A stretch of DNA of 64,000 nucleotides from Amphiscolops sp. MND2022 (GCA_964187785.1 OZ076409.1:10108001-10172000); one strand, 5' to 3'; numbered from the stretch's first letter, positions 14,745 to 25,480 are shown. Numbers and translations are program-made. Notes: a model not told the origin generated them from the letters alone.

Positions 14745-15400
14745 GGTGTCGAAATACAAGATACAAGGTAGCGTCCAGGCCCCTCATATTTTTCGCGAGC
14801 GAGAACGAGACAAAATTATCACCAGTCCCAAACGTTGAAACCATCGCACCGGTCCCAGTAGCCATTTACGTCGACGGTGTCGATATGAAATTCGACGCAA
14901 TAGTCGTCCTGGAAGGAATTTTCCCACAACGATCGTACCTAGGCCGGCATGAGCTGAAACGCTAAAAAATTGGCGTACAAGACGCAACTGGGGAATCTCG
15001 CATCGATGAGAGGGCTTCTTTGGTGGTTGACACTTATACGGGATGGTTGACACTGGCTCAGGCGTCTCTATCCTTTCGCTTATCAGAAAATAGCCAACTC
15101 CAACGCGCTCAATATCCAACCATATGAAGGTCAACTCTACGCCGTCTACGGGAAAACCATTAACACCGTTGGTATCGCCGAGGACATTTGCTTCCAGCTC
15201 GGATGGTATACGCTAAAGACGAACTTCATCGTAAGAGCAGACCACATTGCTGCCGAATCTTTCCTCCTTTGACGAAACTTTCCGTGCACCTACAATGTGT
15301 TGTTGACCTTACGGCCATGAGACTAACGATTCGAGAAACCAGAGCGCTCCAACAAACAAAACTGTGCATGAGGTTTGTAATCCAGAACCATCTTTTGTAG
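14745..15400 (+). pseudogene. Retroviral-type aspartic protease remnant preceded by a protease-like segment
   Basis: GMVDTGSGVSILS at ~15040-15078; upstream PVPVAIYVDGVDMKFDAIVV...LGRHEL...RIDERASLVV matches 57470-57660. Confidence 0.85.
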
Positions 15401-15589
15401 TCCTAATGGAGTTAATATTCCTAGGATCCTTCGAACGAAAAATAGTGCATGCACAAGTCGTCACTCAGGACACCAATGAAATCCTTTTGGATTCCATAAA
15501 CTGTATTGGTCACTCCCAATAGCACGCAGCCCGCCTGTTTTAAAAGACACTTTTACGTCAGGGAAGGAGTAAGGAAGGTTGTTTCTGGC

Positions 15590-16425
15590 AGAACATGAGC
15601 CATGAGCCAGCGGCAGTCTTGGTGAAGAAGAAAACAGACGAACTTTGCTTCTGTTGTGACTTTCGTCCCCTGAATAATGTAACTGTGAATGATGCATTGC
15701 CCCTCCCCAAAATTGATGAGAGTCTTTCTCGGACCGGAAACGCGAAGATCTGGTGTGGGCCTTCTGGCAAATTCCACTCACGAAGCGTGACCGAAGGAAA
15801 ACAGCATTTGCTTGCGAACTGGGACTGTTTGAATCGCGGCACCTGCCTTTTGGCCTATGCAATGCATCCGCCACCTTCCAGAGATCAAGTAGAAAAGATC
15901 AGAGAAGTGTTCAAAAGCCTCAGAGAAGCTGGTTTCAGGATGGGAGAGGATAATTGCGTTTTCATGGGCACCGAAACCAAATACCTTGCACAGGTAGTTG
16001 CCGCGGAAATGAATAAAGAACCAGCACTTTCTTCGGAGCAAGCAACATCAAGAAGCAATCAACTCAGTGGAACAAGCACTAGCCGACGCTACTGTTTTGG
16101 CAGCACCGAATGAAGAAGGAAGATTTGTATTAGTCACCGATGCCAGCGCAGTTGCGATAGCTGGAATTCTACATCAAGAACAAAAGCACGATGGAAAAAT
16201 CATCTGACGACCTATCGTTTATGGTAGTAAGTCACTGACACGCACGCAACTAAACTACGGAGCCCCAAAATTGGAGAAGTACGCCGTATTCGATTTCATC
16301 GAAAACTTACACTCGTACCTTTCAGGTCGAGAATTCGTCTTGCGCGTAGAAAATCACGCTCTCTGGTGGTTGAAGACATATTCAATGAATCAAGCCATGA
16401 TCGGACGCTGAATTGCGCGTTGGGC
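15590..16425 (+). pseudogene. pol: Reverse transcriptase (internally deleted, YxDD lost) and RNase H remnant
   Basis: VLVKKK..LCFCCDFRPLN..DALPLPKIDESL; PFGLCNASATFQR joined directly to the downstream REVF segment; FVLVTDASAVAIAGILHQ...YGSKSLT..NYGAPKLE. Confidence 0.9.
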
Positions 16426-16722
16426 TAAGCAAAAGAACCAACGATGACGTGCACCGAGTGAAGATCATTGAGGAATTATCGGATGTGAGCATGGGCTTTA
16501 GCTTCATGTCTTGAAAGGATTACTAAGATTTTCCACTCTGCCATGTTGATAAACATGGACGGCTAATACCAAGCCATCCAGATCATCCGGTAGAAGCTCG
16601 AGCGTAGTTCCTGGTACTATACACACGGAAGAGGAAACCAAGAACCAATTGAAAACCAAGCTTCTAACTCTATCCCTTGGTATCCACAAGTGCAATTAGA
16701 AACATCACCAACCACCTTCGAA

Positions 16723-16728
16723 CACGAA
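16723..16728 (+). other. Left target-site duplication CACGAA
   Basis: Identical hexamer immediately outside both termini. Confidence 0.95.
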
Positions 16729-17084
16729 AGTAGTTAAGATTTCCGCCGGCCTTTCAACGGGGGGGGGGGTCCTCGGTTTTCACGGGGTGGGTCCTTGCTC
16801 TGAAATTTTAGGACCTATCCCTAAAAGGAAGGGGTCCTTCCAAATTGGAGTTCGGAAATACTTCGGCTTTTGACTACGAAAGTAAATTATTGGTCGGATT
16901 CTTTTTGTATTCGTTTTTTGGATTCTTTTTGTATTCGTTTTTGGAATCGGATTTTTGCGAAAGTACATGTAAAAGCGTAGACACTCTTGTTTATTCTTTG
17001 AATGCCTGAAAGTTTGGAAAGTACTAACCTTGAAATTTTGTTGTAATTGAATTGTAAAGCTGGATTGACTAATACTGGTACAAC
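16729..17084 (+). repeat. Left terminal inverted repeat (356 bp)
   Basis: Reverse complement of 33112-33470; by eye two substitutions plus a G11 vs C14 tract-length difference; contains a short ~24-bp tandem repeat. Confidence 0.96.
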
Positions 17085-17404
17085 TTTCTTGTAAATAAAG
17101 GGAGTGGTATTTCCAACTTTCTTATCTGTATGAACACTTAATATTATTAGGAATAGTAATATGCGTTCCTCCAAATGTAGTGGTAGCGGTGTTCTTATTT
17201 CTACCTGTAAAATATCTTAACTTCCCAACAAATTCGTTTTGAATCTACATGTTGTTGCTAACCCCTGACCTACCCAAGTTAAATTTAATATAACTGTAAA
17301 CCACCATTCTTCGTTTCAACTCTTGTTTGAAAACAAAATGAATTTCACAAATTCAAGCTTTATTATGCTGTTAACGTTATACAAAGAAAAATTAGTGAAT
17401 GATA

Positions 17405-20400
17405 TTACTGTAATTCATTATCAATATAAAATTTGACTTTTTTCTGAGGAGGGGGACCACGGGTGGGAACTTCCACTGCTTCACAGTCTAAAAATACATT
17501 TGGTTGGGTATTGGGTAAGTCTTCTTCGAAATCAGACAACTCTGTTAGGTCAATAACGTCTGGTAATTCACTTTCTTCTATTGCATCTTGATTAAGTCCA
17601 GGGTCGGGTGGGGAAAATAAAGCTGGTTGGTTGGAGTTTGACTGTATCGGTGACTGAATAAAGTCCTCCTCCTCGTCCCCCCAATCGCAATCCGCCCCAA
17701 TTTCTCTGAAAATTACGTCGTCTCGCAAAGAATAATGTCCAAAAGGTAAGGTATCAACGCCGTTTGGCATTATATATCTTTTATCGTCAAAACAGCTTAG
17801 AGAAATTTTTGTCGTCTGCAAGGTAAACAGATTATGTCTTTCACTATTTATTGTGTAGTTTAATGTTCTAAGTAGTGTTTCTTTTTCGAGAATTCGATAA
17901 AATACAGAGTGTTGTAGGTTCTTTTGTGCATGTTTGGTGGTTCCTTTTGCAGAAATTTTTAGTTGATCACCCATCGCGATTGAATACAATTTTGATTTTA
18001 GTGCAACAATGCTGTGTATGATTTTACCACCAACTTCGTCTTTGAATTTCAAAGTTTCCAACTTTTGATGTTTGGAATATAGTTGATTATCTTCTTTATA
18101 GTTTGAAAAGTCAAACTCTGGGTGCACTTGTTCGTTTTCTTTGAGGTCAGCGTATATGTCTTCCGATTCGATTTCATAAATTAGGGAATCTGTATCGGAG
18201 TAGAGCACTAATGTTCGGAAGTTTGGTTTCATGTACATGTAATGAAACCAGTACATATGTCGTTTAGATAAATCCAAGATGGTAGCGCCGACTATCGTTG
18301 GCTTGTCCCAGTAAATTTTGCGCTGTGCAAACGTTATGGCAGCCAACTGGTTGTTGAAAATCTTGAACGTTTTCATCCACATTTTGCTTGTTTGCTTTTG
18401 CAACTCATCTTGCGTGCGGACAATCTCAATGGACAATCGTTTTCTTTTACTTTCCATGGTTTTACCAAAAGCAGAGTTGCTCATTAGTTTGAAAAAGTTT
18501 TCTTCAAACTTGTTTGTAGACGCTTTTCGTTTCATTGTGTTTAACTGTATATATGGCTGAAGCCATTTTGACTGTTCAAATTGCAACACTCTATGTACTT
18601 TGGTAACTTGTAACCCCAGTTCACAGTATAATTTCAATGTCATGTAATGTATAGTATAATTGGTTTTGTCGTAGAGTGTTTGGATCAACTTTTTGTTTTT
18701 TGTTGAAAAGGTCTTTGTTCCACTCATTTCCAGCAATCGTGTTTGATATTCACCGAGCCAAAAAAAATTAATTGTTTCCTTCGTAGGAGCCAAAGGGAAA
18801 TCAGTGTGTAAATCGTGCAAATGATCAGGATAATGCAAGTCAACTTCCAATACATATCCAACTGGTGAGTTATTTGGAGTATTTAGTATTTCTTGTAGGT
18901 CAACTTCGCCTTCTCTTTTCAATACAAAGTTTTTTAAAGGCAAGGGGAACTTTTCCATGATTCCTCCATACAAGTTGTTTGCATCAATAAACAACCCAAA
19001 TGTTTGCTTCTGTGAAGAGTTGTATGTTGGTAGATATTTGTTATTTGCTTCAAATTTGCGTTTTGCAAACACGGAAGAAATTCCTCCGCGGATTAGGTTT
19101 TCAGCAACTTCAAGGTGTTCTCGATTAGTTAGTAATTCGATATCTGCGTTGCACACTTTAAGGAAGGCTTCACCGGACAAATTTGACGCAGTATAAAAAT
19201 GAGCACAATCCAGTCCGTAAGTTGCATAACACACTTTTCTAAACTCTTCGAATACCGAGGCCAAAATCAAAACATCGGTGTGTAAATATAAATCGTGATA
19301 GTGACCTAGTGTTTTGCAATCAAACTCTTGGTATACAAGACTAGCATGTTGTAAATCCTGATCACTAATTGTGACTTCACCCCCTGCGAGAGTGTTTTTC
19401 CAAAACTCTTTTGGGGGAAGCTTTTCCTCGACAAATTTATCGAAACTGTCCATGTATGAATAGGGATAAACACCTTTCCTTTTCAGCAAGTCAATTTGCG
19501 ACGGTGTTTTGTATGTATTGAATTGACTCTCCAGATAAATGAATTTATCCTGTGAAAAGAAACCCGCCAGTTTATCTAGTGACTGGGGCATGAACTTGAA
19601 AGAGTCCAAGAATCGCATGTCTTCATATACATTTTTTGTCATTCCATTCTTGTCAGTATATGAGTTTACCCACACAGAAAATGTGAAGGAAATGTACTTT
19701 TCGTCAGTTGTAGGGATAACTGAAAACTTGTTCTTTGGATTACAATTGTTGATTGCCGAACAAATGTGGTGTATATCATATCCAGCCATGTTGTGTGCTA
19801 TCACGGGGGTGAAGTTTATTGACTTCCTTTGTAGATTACATTCTGAATGTGCCCACCCTAGGAATGTACCACTGTAATGACAATGGTCCAACACTTTCTG
19901 CTCGTCATTCGTGAAAGGTTTTTTACAAATCCAACAATCATTTACAGTGTCTTTGTGCGTCGAAGGCTTGCCCTTGTAAATTCGGTGACTTTGTTTTCTA
20001 TGATAAATGTCTGTTGCCAATTTTTCCAATTCTTTTATTAAATCGTCCAAGCAATCGGGACCTCGGATGATTCTGTAAGACAAAACTTTATCATTTCCAT
20101 GTTCTACAATTACAAAAGCATAACCACAAGGCACATGTTTTTCCAACTTTACTTGACTGCTAATGCTGGGTGAAGGAGCGCATGTAGATAAAGGCACTAG
20201 GAGCGCTTCAGTATCAAGGTAAATAACCAGTGGAACAAACCAAACTGCTCTTGTATTTTTGAATTGATGTATGTTTTTATGCTCATCGGGTAAAATGATC
20301 GCCGCGGCCTCGTTTTCGTAACAGTTGAGCTTGTGTATTTCGAAACTCCCGGTTGAACTACAAATATGAAAACAGTTTCTGCAAATTTCATCCCTCGATC

Positions 20401-20965
20401 CACTTTGTTTATTTTTCAAAAAGTTTACAAAATGTTTCAAATCAGTAATCAGTACGTAGTGATGAGAACCTCCTTCTGTCAACAATAAAAGATCCATGAT
20501 AAAGTCACTGGGGAATTTAGAGACTCTGAGAGGTAACAAATCTTTCTTCTCCAATATAAACACATTGACTTGGACTTTGTTGAGTTTTTCGAATCGTTCA
20601 AGTTCATGAAATGGCATTGGCATCCGAAAGTTGCCTGCATGCTTTTTTGCCAGAGGATTATATGTAGGATTATAAGTGCCTGGGTTTGTTTTGCAGCGCC
20701 ACGAACTTGTTTCAACCAATGGTATGTCTGTGTGCAAGTGGTAAGCGGCCGTATAACAATATATAAAGCAATTCTCATCTTCAATGTTCCGAATATTGAG
20801 TAGTGACCTACAACCTTGAAGTTTATTTGGAAGTGCGATGTAAGAGCTACCCCGAATAGGAGAATAGGATGTAAATTTAACAAAAAGGTTTTTAATTTCG
20901 GACAAAATCCACCCACTTCCTTGGGATGCAAAAGTAAATAAAGCTGAAGTAAGTTGTTCTATCAA
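17405..20965 (-). CDS. polB: Protein-primed family B DNA polymerase with an OTU-like region and an inserted endonuclease VII (His-Me finger) domain; true start probably 21571 across one in-frame stop
   Basis: ExoI YLDTE, ExoII HNMAGYD, ExoIII YLHTD, pol motifs DANNLYG, KLMSNSAFGK, YSDTDS; CWIC...DHCH..G..HSECN between ExoI and ExoII; DENCF...HHY OTU-like dyad; AATAAA downstream on the minus strand. Confidence 0.96.
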   Translation of the reverse strand: MIEQLTSALFTFASQGSGWILSEIKNLFVKFTSYSPIRGSSYIALPNKLQGCRSLLNIRNIEDENCFIYCYTAAYHLHTDIPLVETSSWRCKTNPGTYNPTYNPLAKKHAGNFRMPMPFHELERFEKLNKVQVNVFILEKKDLLPLRVSKFPSDFIMDLLLLTEGGSHHYVLITDLKHFVNFLKNKQSGSRDEICRNCFHICSSTGSFEIHKLNCYENEAAAIILPDEHKNIHQFKNTRAVWFVPLVIYLDTEALLVPLSTCAPSPSISSQVKLEKHVPCGYAFVIVEHGNDKVLSYRIIRGPDCLDDLIKELEKLATDIYHRKQSHRIYKGKPSTHKDTVNDCWICKKPFTNDEQKVLDHCHYSGTFLGWAHSECNLQRKSINFTPVIAHNMAGYDIHHICSAINNCNPKNKFSVIPTTDEKYISFTFSVWVNSYTDKNGMTKNVYEDMRFLDSFKFMPQSLDKLAGFFSQDKFIYLESQFNTYKTPSQIDLLKRKGVYPYSYMDSFDKFVEEKLPPKEFWKNTLAGGEVTISDQDLQHASLVYQEFDCKTLGHYHDLYLHTDVLILASVFEEFRKVCYATYGLDCAHFYTASNLSGEAFLKVCNADIELLTNREHLEVAENLIRGGISSVFAKRKFEANNKYLPTYNSSQKQTFGLFIDANNLYGGIMEKFPLPLKNFVLKREGEVDLQEILNTPNNSPVGYVLEVDLHYPDHLHDLHTDFPLAPTKETINFFWLGEYQTRLLEMSGTKTFSTKNKKLIQTLYDKTNYTIHYMTLKLYCELGLQVTKVHRVLQFEQSKWLQPYIQLNTMKRKASTNKFEENFFKLMSNSAFGKTMESKRKRLSIEIVRTQDELQKQTSKMWMKTFKIFNNQLAAITFAQRKIYWDKPTIVGATILDLSKRHMYWFHYMYMKPNFRTLVLYSDTDSLIYEIESEDIYADLKENEQVHPEFDFSNYKEDNQLYSKHQKLETLKFKDEVGGKIIHSIVALKSKLYSIAMGDQLKISAKGTTKHAQKNLQHSVFYRILEKETLLRTLNYTINSERHNLFTLQTTKISLSCFDDKRYIMPNGVDTLPFGHYSLRDDVIFREIGADCDWGDEEEDFIQSPIQSNSNQPALFSPPDPGLNQDAIEESELPDVIDLTELSDFEEDLPNTQPNVFLDCEAVEVPTRGPPPQKKVKFYIDNELQ

Positions 20966-20971
20966 TTGATA

Positions 20972-21571
20972 TTAGTCGTTGTCTGTGATCCCATAAAAGT
21001 AAACTGGTTGCAACTTTGTGTTGGTATAAATTGTGATTGTCTCTTGAGAGTCATCATCAACTTTCGGTTTAACTAACTTCAAATCAGTTGTTAATTGAAA
21101 TTTCTTGGGTCCATTGCGACATTTTTCTCTAATAAGGTTTTGTATTTGATTTTTTTCCTTACAAAGTAGTTCGAATAAATCAATTGATGTGATCCTTCGC
21201 TTGAGTTGATACGTTTCCAATGATCCCCAAAAGGCTTTTTCCACCTGTTGATAACCGGTCATTCTTTCGATGTTGTCATTTTCGCGGGGTGTAAATATTG
21301 TTGGTAAACCATGATCATGCTCAAGATGATACGAGTATTTCATAGCTTCACCGTAAACTATGTTGCAATAAAGGCAATGATTTACTATTATATGTCCATG
21401 TTTTTGTAAAAAATGTTGTTTCATCGTAACCAGAGAAGTGTTTTGAAAATCACAATCGGAGCAAGCAAAAGGTTGAACTTTGGGTTGTGTGTTGTGTATA
21501 TTTTGCTTGTGCCGACGCAAATTTCTCAAAGAACTATATGTTTTTAGACAAAGATCACACTCCACACCCAT
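20972..21571 (-). CDS. Three-C2H2-zinc-finger ORF; probably the N-terminus of pPolB cut off by a single TAA
   Basis: CDLC..HKQNIH, CSDC..HFLQKH, CLYC..HLEHDH; reads GAC-TAA-TAT-CAA-TTG-ATA straight into the PolB frame; ATG at 21571. Confidence 0.85.
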   Translation of the reverse strand: MGVECDLCLKTYSSLRNLRRHKQNIHNTQPKVQPFACSDCDFQNTSLVTMKQHFLQKHGHIIVNHCLYCNIVYGEAMKYSYHLEHDHGLPTIFTPRENDNIERMTGYQQVEKAFWGSLETYQLKRRITSIDLFELLCKEKNQIQNLIREKCRNGPKKFQLTTDLKLVKPKVDDDSQETITIYTNTKLQPVYFYGITDND

Positions 21572-21644
21572 TTTGGAAAGTCGAGTGTTCCTCAATGTTG
21601 AGATTGAGAAAATGTTTTTGCACTTCGCTCCGATCAATTAAGGA

Positions 21645-21885
21645 GGTGATTACCATTTATGGTATCCCGAGCGACTGAATTCTTTGAATTCTGATTCGAT
21701 CACTATTTATGGTATCCCAGGTGCCATTTTTACCAGGAAAATTGTTTGCATGTTCGACTTTTAACAAGGCGATAACCAATTATGGTATCCCGAGAGACTG
21801 GATTTCTTTAAATTTTGATTCGACCACCTTTTACGGTATTCCAGGCGCCATGTTTTTTCCAGGAAAATTGTATGCATGTTCGACT
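21645..21885. repeat. Two diverged ~123-bp direct repeats upstream of the ZnF-PolB start
   Basis: TATGGTATCCCGAG...CCAGGAAAATTG...GCATGTTCGACT at ~21658 and 21781; TA(T/C)GGTAT(C/T)CC occurs four times. Confidence 0.8.
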
Positions 21886-21942
21886 AACTTTTTTTGTTTC
21901 CGTATATTGACTGCTGGGCATTATAGGGGGGGGGAGGAACGG

Positions 21943-23370
21943 GAATTTTTTTCATTTTTTCAAAAAGGTCAAATTTTCCATGCACCCCCCTTTTTCGAAT
22001 TTCATTTTTTCAAAATCGTCTGGCGCACCTACCTGCAAATTTTCAGACCGATCCGACCAACAGTTTTTGAGAAAATTGACATTTTTTGTCAAAAAATGGC
22101 ATTTTAAAAAAATGCATTTTTTGGTCAAAATCTCAACACTCGGTAAAGCTAGCGCCCTGCGGTTTTCACCAGCGTTTTTAGCGTCCTCTTTTTTAGTTGT
22201 GTGCCAAATTTTGGCTCCGAAACTTTTTTCAATGTTGAGAAATGTTTGTTTTTTTGACCGAAAATGATCAAAAATTGAGTTTAAAAAATGTTCAAAATCT
22301 CGTAAACTACGCGACTTTTGAAATTTACTCCTGTGGAAAAGTCTTGTAAATTTTTCACAAACTCAACTCTCAAATTTGGTTTCTAAACAACTTTGACTGC
22401 TTGAACAATCAAATTTCGCCTATAATAGAGGAGTGCAAAGTGAATTTTTCCATTTTTTCAAAAAGGTCAAAATTTCCATGCACCCCCCTTTTTCGAATTT
22501 CATTTTTTCAAAATCGTCTTGCGCACCTACCTGCAAATTTTCAGACCGATCCGACCAACAGTTTTTGAGAAAATTGACATTTTTTGTCAAAAAATGGCAT
22601 TTTAAAAAAATGCATTTTTTGGTCAAAATCTCAACACTCGGTAAAGCTAGCGCCCTGCGGTTTTCACCAGCGTTTTCAGCGTCCTCTTTTCTAGTTGTGT
22701 GCCAAATTTTGGCTCCGAAACTTTTTTCAATGTTGAGAAATGTTTGTTTTTTTGACCGAAAATGATCAAAAATTGAGTTTAAAAAAAGTTCAAAATCTCG
22801 TAAACTACGCGACTTTTGAAATTTACTCCTGTGGAAAAGTCTTGTAAATTTTTCACAAACTCAACTCTCAAATTTGGTTTCTGAACAACTTTGACTGCTT
22901 GAACAATCAAATTTCGCCTATAATAGAGGAGTGCAAAGTGAATTTTTCCATTTTTTCAAAAAGGTCAAAATTTCCATGCACCCCCCTTTTTCGAATTTCA
23001 TTTTTTCGAAATCGTCTTGCGCACCTACCTGCAAATTTTCAGACCGATCCGACCAACAGTTTTTGAGAAAATTGACATTTTTTGTCAAAAAATGGCATTT
23101 TAAAAAAATGCATTTTTTGGTCAAAATCTCAACACTCGGTAAAGCTAGCGCCCTGCGGTTTTCACCAGCGTTTTCAGCGTCCTCTTTTCTAGTTGTGTGC
23201 CAAATATTGGCTCCGAAACTTTTTTCAATGTTGAGAAATGTTTGTTTTTTTGACCGAAAATGATCAAAAATTGAGTTTAAAAAATGTTCAAAATCTCGTA
23301 AACTACGCGACTTTTGAAATTTACTCCTATGGAAAAGTCTTGTAAATTTTTCGCAAACTCAACTCTCAAA
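21943..23370. repeat. 498-bp tandem array (~2.9 copies) inside the Polinton
   Basis: CAAAAAGGTCAAA at 21961, 22459 and 22957; near-identical units; identical spurious ORFs at 22433 and 22931. Confidence 0.95.
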
Positions 23371-23499
23371 AACGATTTCCTAGGCTACTTTAAACAGAAC
23401 TCTGCATAAAATGTCTTTAAATTTCGACGTGGTTAGTAAGCTTTTGACAGTATTTGGTTAGATTGGTTAGTAAGCTTTTGACAGTATTTGTTAGATTGG

Positions 23500-24099
23500 T
23501 TAGAATCGCTTCAAAAGTTTCTTTTCCTGCTGTTTTGCCTTCTTCACTGGTGGTGGCTCCAACGCTGCAGTTCGAGTACTATCAGGCGTCACAATTTGAG
23601 GACTCACTGTTAGATCATCACCATCTTTCGTCTCTTCGTCTTCTGTTGTACAGACCAGAACTTCTGGGGAGACTTGTGGTGATGGAGATTCAGGATCATG
23701 TTCAACTCCCCAAAAATCTTCAAGTGAATCAACCTCCCTGAAGAAACCCATTTGATTCTCTGTTAATGGAACCATTGCGCAGTCGTCTCTACACAGGATG
23801 CGTTTGATTTGTATAGGTAGTATTGGTAGGTCACAACGATGAAGACTTTCTATATCCCAGTTAGACGCTGCTTCACAGTCCACAGAGTCAATCTTTCTCT
23901 TTCTTTCCAGAATCGTCTTTTCAGTCGGTTGTTTGCTCAACTTGTGATAGACCATGTTTGGTAACAGAATATGTTGCTTTGTTTCCCACCGGTCATTTTC
24001 GTCAGACCTCATCTGTTCAATTATTGAGAGCGCTTTTTGAAATTGTGTTTCATAAATGATGAAGCGTTTGCTTGTAAAATGTGTAAAGACAGTAGCCAT
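23500..24099 (-). CDS. Polinton hypothetical protein (199 aa, acidic then basic C-terminus)
   Basis: ATG-initiated ORF; C-terminal NLS-like PPVKKAK; no family recognised. Confidence 0.65.
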   Translation of the reverse strand: MATVFTHFTSKRFIIYETQFQKALSIIEQMRSDENDRWETKQHILLPNMVYHKLSKQPTEKTILERKRKIDSVDCEAASNWDIESLHRCDLPILPIQIKRILCRDDCAMVPLTENQMGFFREVDSLEDFWGVEHDPESPSPQVSPEVLVCTTEDEETKDGDDLTVSPQIVTPDSTRTAALEPPPVKKAKQQEKKLLKRF

Positions 24100-24513
24100 A
24101 GTTGAATCGTCGACTTGGACAAGACCAACTGTTTGAGCGGTAGCGAATTTATCGAATAACGGCTTGAGTTTTGAACGCTAGTGAATCTACAGTTTTTTGT
24201 TTCTCACGGTGGTCCGATTTCCACATGGTAACAATGTGTTTTGAATTATTACATTGAGTCTATTTTGATTTTTCAGATGTTTTGAATTTTAACACCAGTG
24301 TCGTGGCCTGGGCGTTTGCTGTCTACTTGAAAGATCAACGTGGGTGGCAATGATCTTGATTTATCAGTCGGCGGTGCAAGCGTTTGTTGTTTACACGAAA
24401 GATTAAAGCAGGGTGACCAAACCTTGAACCATAAAAGCCCGCCCACCTCAGACATTGACCTTGCAATATTTACCAGGTTCTTCATACTTTTGATTTTGTT
24501 TCCAACATTCAGA

Positions 24514-24909
24514 ATGTTCTCTGGTGATTTTACTCTTGCTAAGGACGAGGATTTTGGAGACTATTACTGTGACTTATCAGAAAAATCCAACAGAATATTG
24601 CGAGCAACGGTGAAAACATACGAGCATACAGGAACCTACGTGTTTCTAAAACTCTTCAAAAAGAAGCCAGACGCCGAATTTGCTCTGGTTCAAAAAATCA
24701 CGTTGACAAAAGAAGAGTTTGAAATTCTACTGTGGAAAGGAAAATCAGTTCTACAACCGTCGAATATCAAAAAAGTTACAAAAAAGTGCAAAAAAATTAA
24801 GAAACCCTCATTTGTTGATTCTGTGGCGGAGGAGGATGACGGGGACAACGTAGACGGAGAAAACAAGGAGAATATTGATCCTAGAAAGTATGGTGGAAGC
24901 AATGTTTGA
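24514..24909 (+). CDS. PC4-like putative ssDNA-binding protein (131 aa)
   Basis: RATVKTYEHTGTYVFLKLF...ITLTKEEFEIL resembles the PC4 beta-sheet plus ISLT..Q/EW..L helix pattern; basic then acidic tail. Confidence 0.6.
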   Translation: MFSGDFTLAKDEDFGDYYCDLSEKSNRILRATVKTYEHTGTYVFLKLFKKKPDAEFALVQKITLTKEEFEILLWKGKSVLQPSNIKKVTKKCKKIKKPSFVDSVAEEDDGDNVDGENKENIDPRKYGGSNV

Positions 24910-25480
24910 GCGTTCTCCCGATTACCTTAAGCAATTTAGAAAAAACTTTCGCTTCTTTTTATTCAAGGAAAAACCCAAAGCTGGCGTGGACTTCCCATTA
25001 GATGTTGTTATTTCCATTGGCTTACACTCACCTGTGCATGATGGGCTTTGTAACGCTTTGCCAGACAATCACTATCATGTTTTGGCCCAGTGTTTTGGTG
25101 AAAATTATAAAGGGCAACCCAAAAGTTATTTATTACCATGTTTATATTCAACCTACGCCTTACTAATTGCAAACAGTGATGAAAAGGAAATATGTGGTGA
25201 AATTTTTGAAAAATTGGATCAAGCCGTTCAATACAATTGTGACCCTCCTAATCGAAACCCAAAGAAACTCTTGCCATCAATCTGTTTTTCTGTTCAAAAA
25301 TGTGACAAGGCTGTGCAAGTCAGCTCTGGGTTGAGTCAAGGAACAATACAACGCTTGGAAAATGTTATGCTTGGACCGTATGGTGGTCATTTCCTACTCA
25401 TTGCTGATATTTTCCAAACTGGTCACGGATCGCTTAATTTTGTGCCTGTACTAACCTTTTCTCTGAATGAAATTGTTTGA
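24890..25480 (+). CDS. Hypothetical protein with an HUH-endonuclease-like motif
   Basis: RFFLF...IGLH...HYHVLAQCFG; overlaps the stop of the PC4-like ORF; AATAAA just after the stop. Confidence 0.6.
   Translation: MVEAMFERSPDYLKQFRKNFRFFLFKEKPKAGVDFPLDVVISIGLHSPVHDGLCNALPDNHYHVLAQCFGENYKGQPKSYLLPCLYSTYALLIANSDEKEICGEIFEKLDQAVQYNCDPPNRNPKKLLPSICFSVQKCDKAVQVSSGLSQGTIQRLENVMLGPYGGHFLLIADIFQTGHGSLNFVPVLTFSLNEIV

Noticed and set aside
16780..17174. ORFs in the TIRs (also 32920-33416) with repeated KRIQKES/KTNTKRI peptides
   Set aside because: They come from the ~24-bp tandem repeat in the TIR, mostly lack ATG starts and show no protein motif
21709..23263. Phe/Lys-rich ORFs repeated every 498 bp
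   Set aside because: By-products of A/T-tract repeat DNA, present on both strands
21943..23370. Possible CRISPR-like array
   Set aside because: Units are near-identical along their full length with no unique spacers; eukaryotic context and no cas genes
23431..23503. ~34-bp tandem duplication after the 199-aa ORF stop
   Set aside because: Only two copies and no evident function
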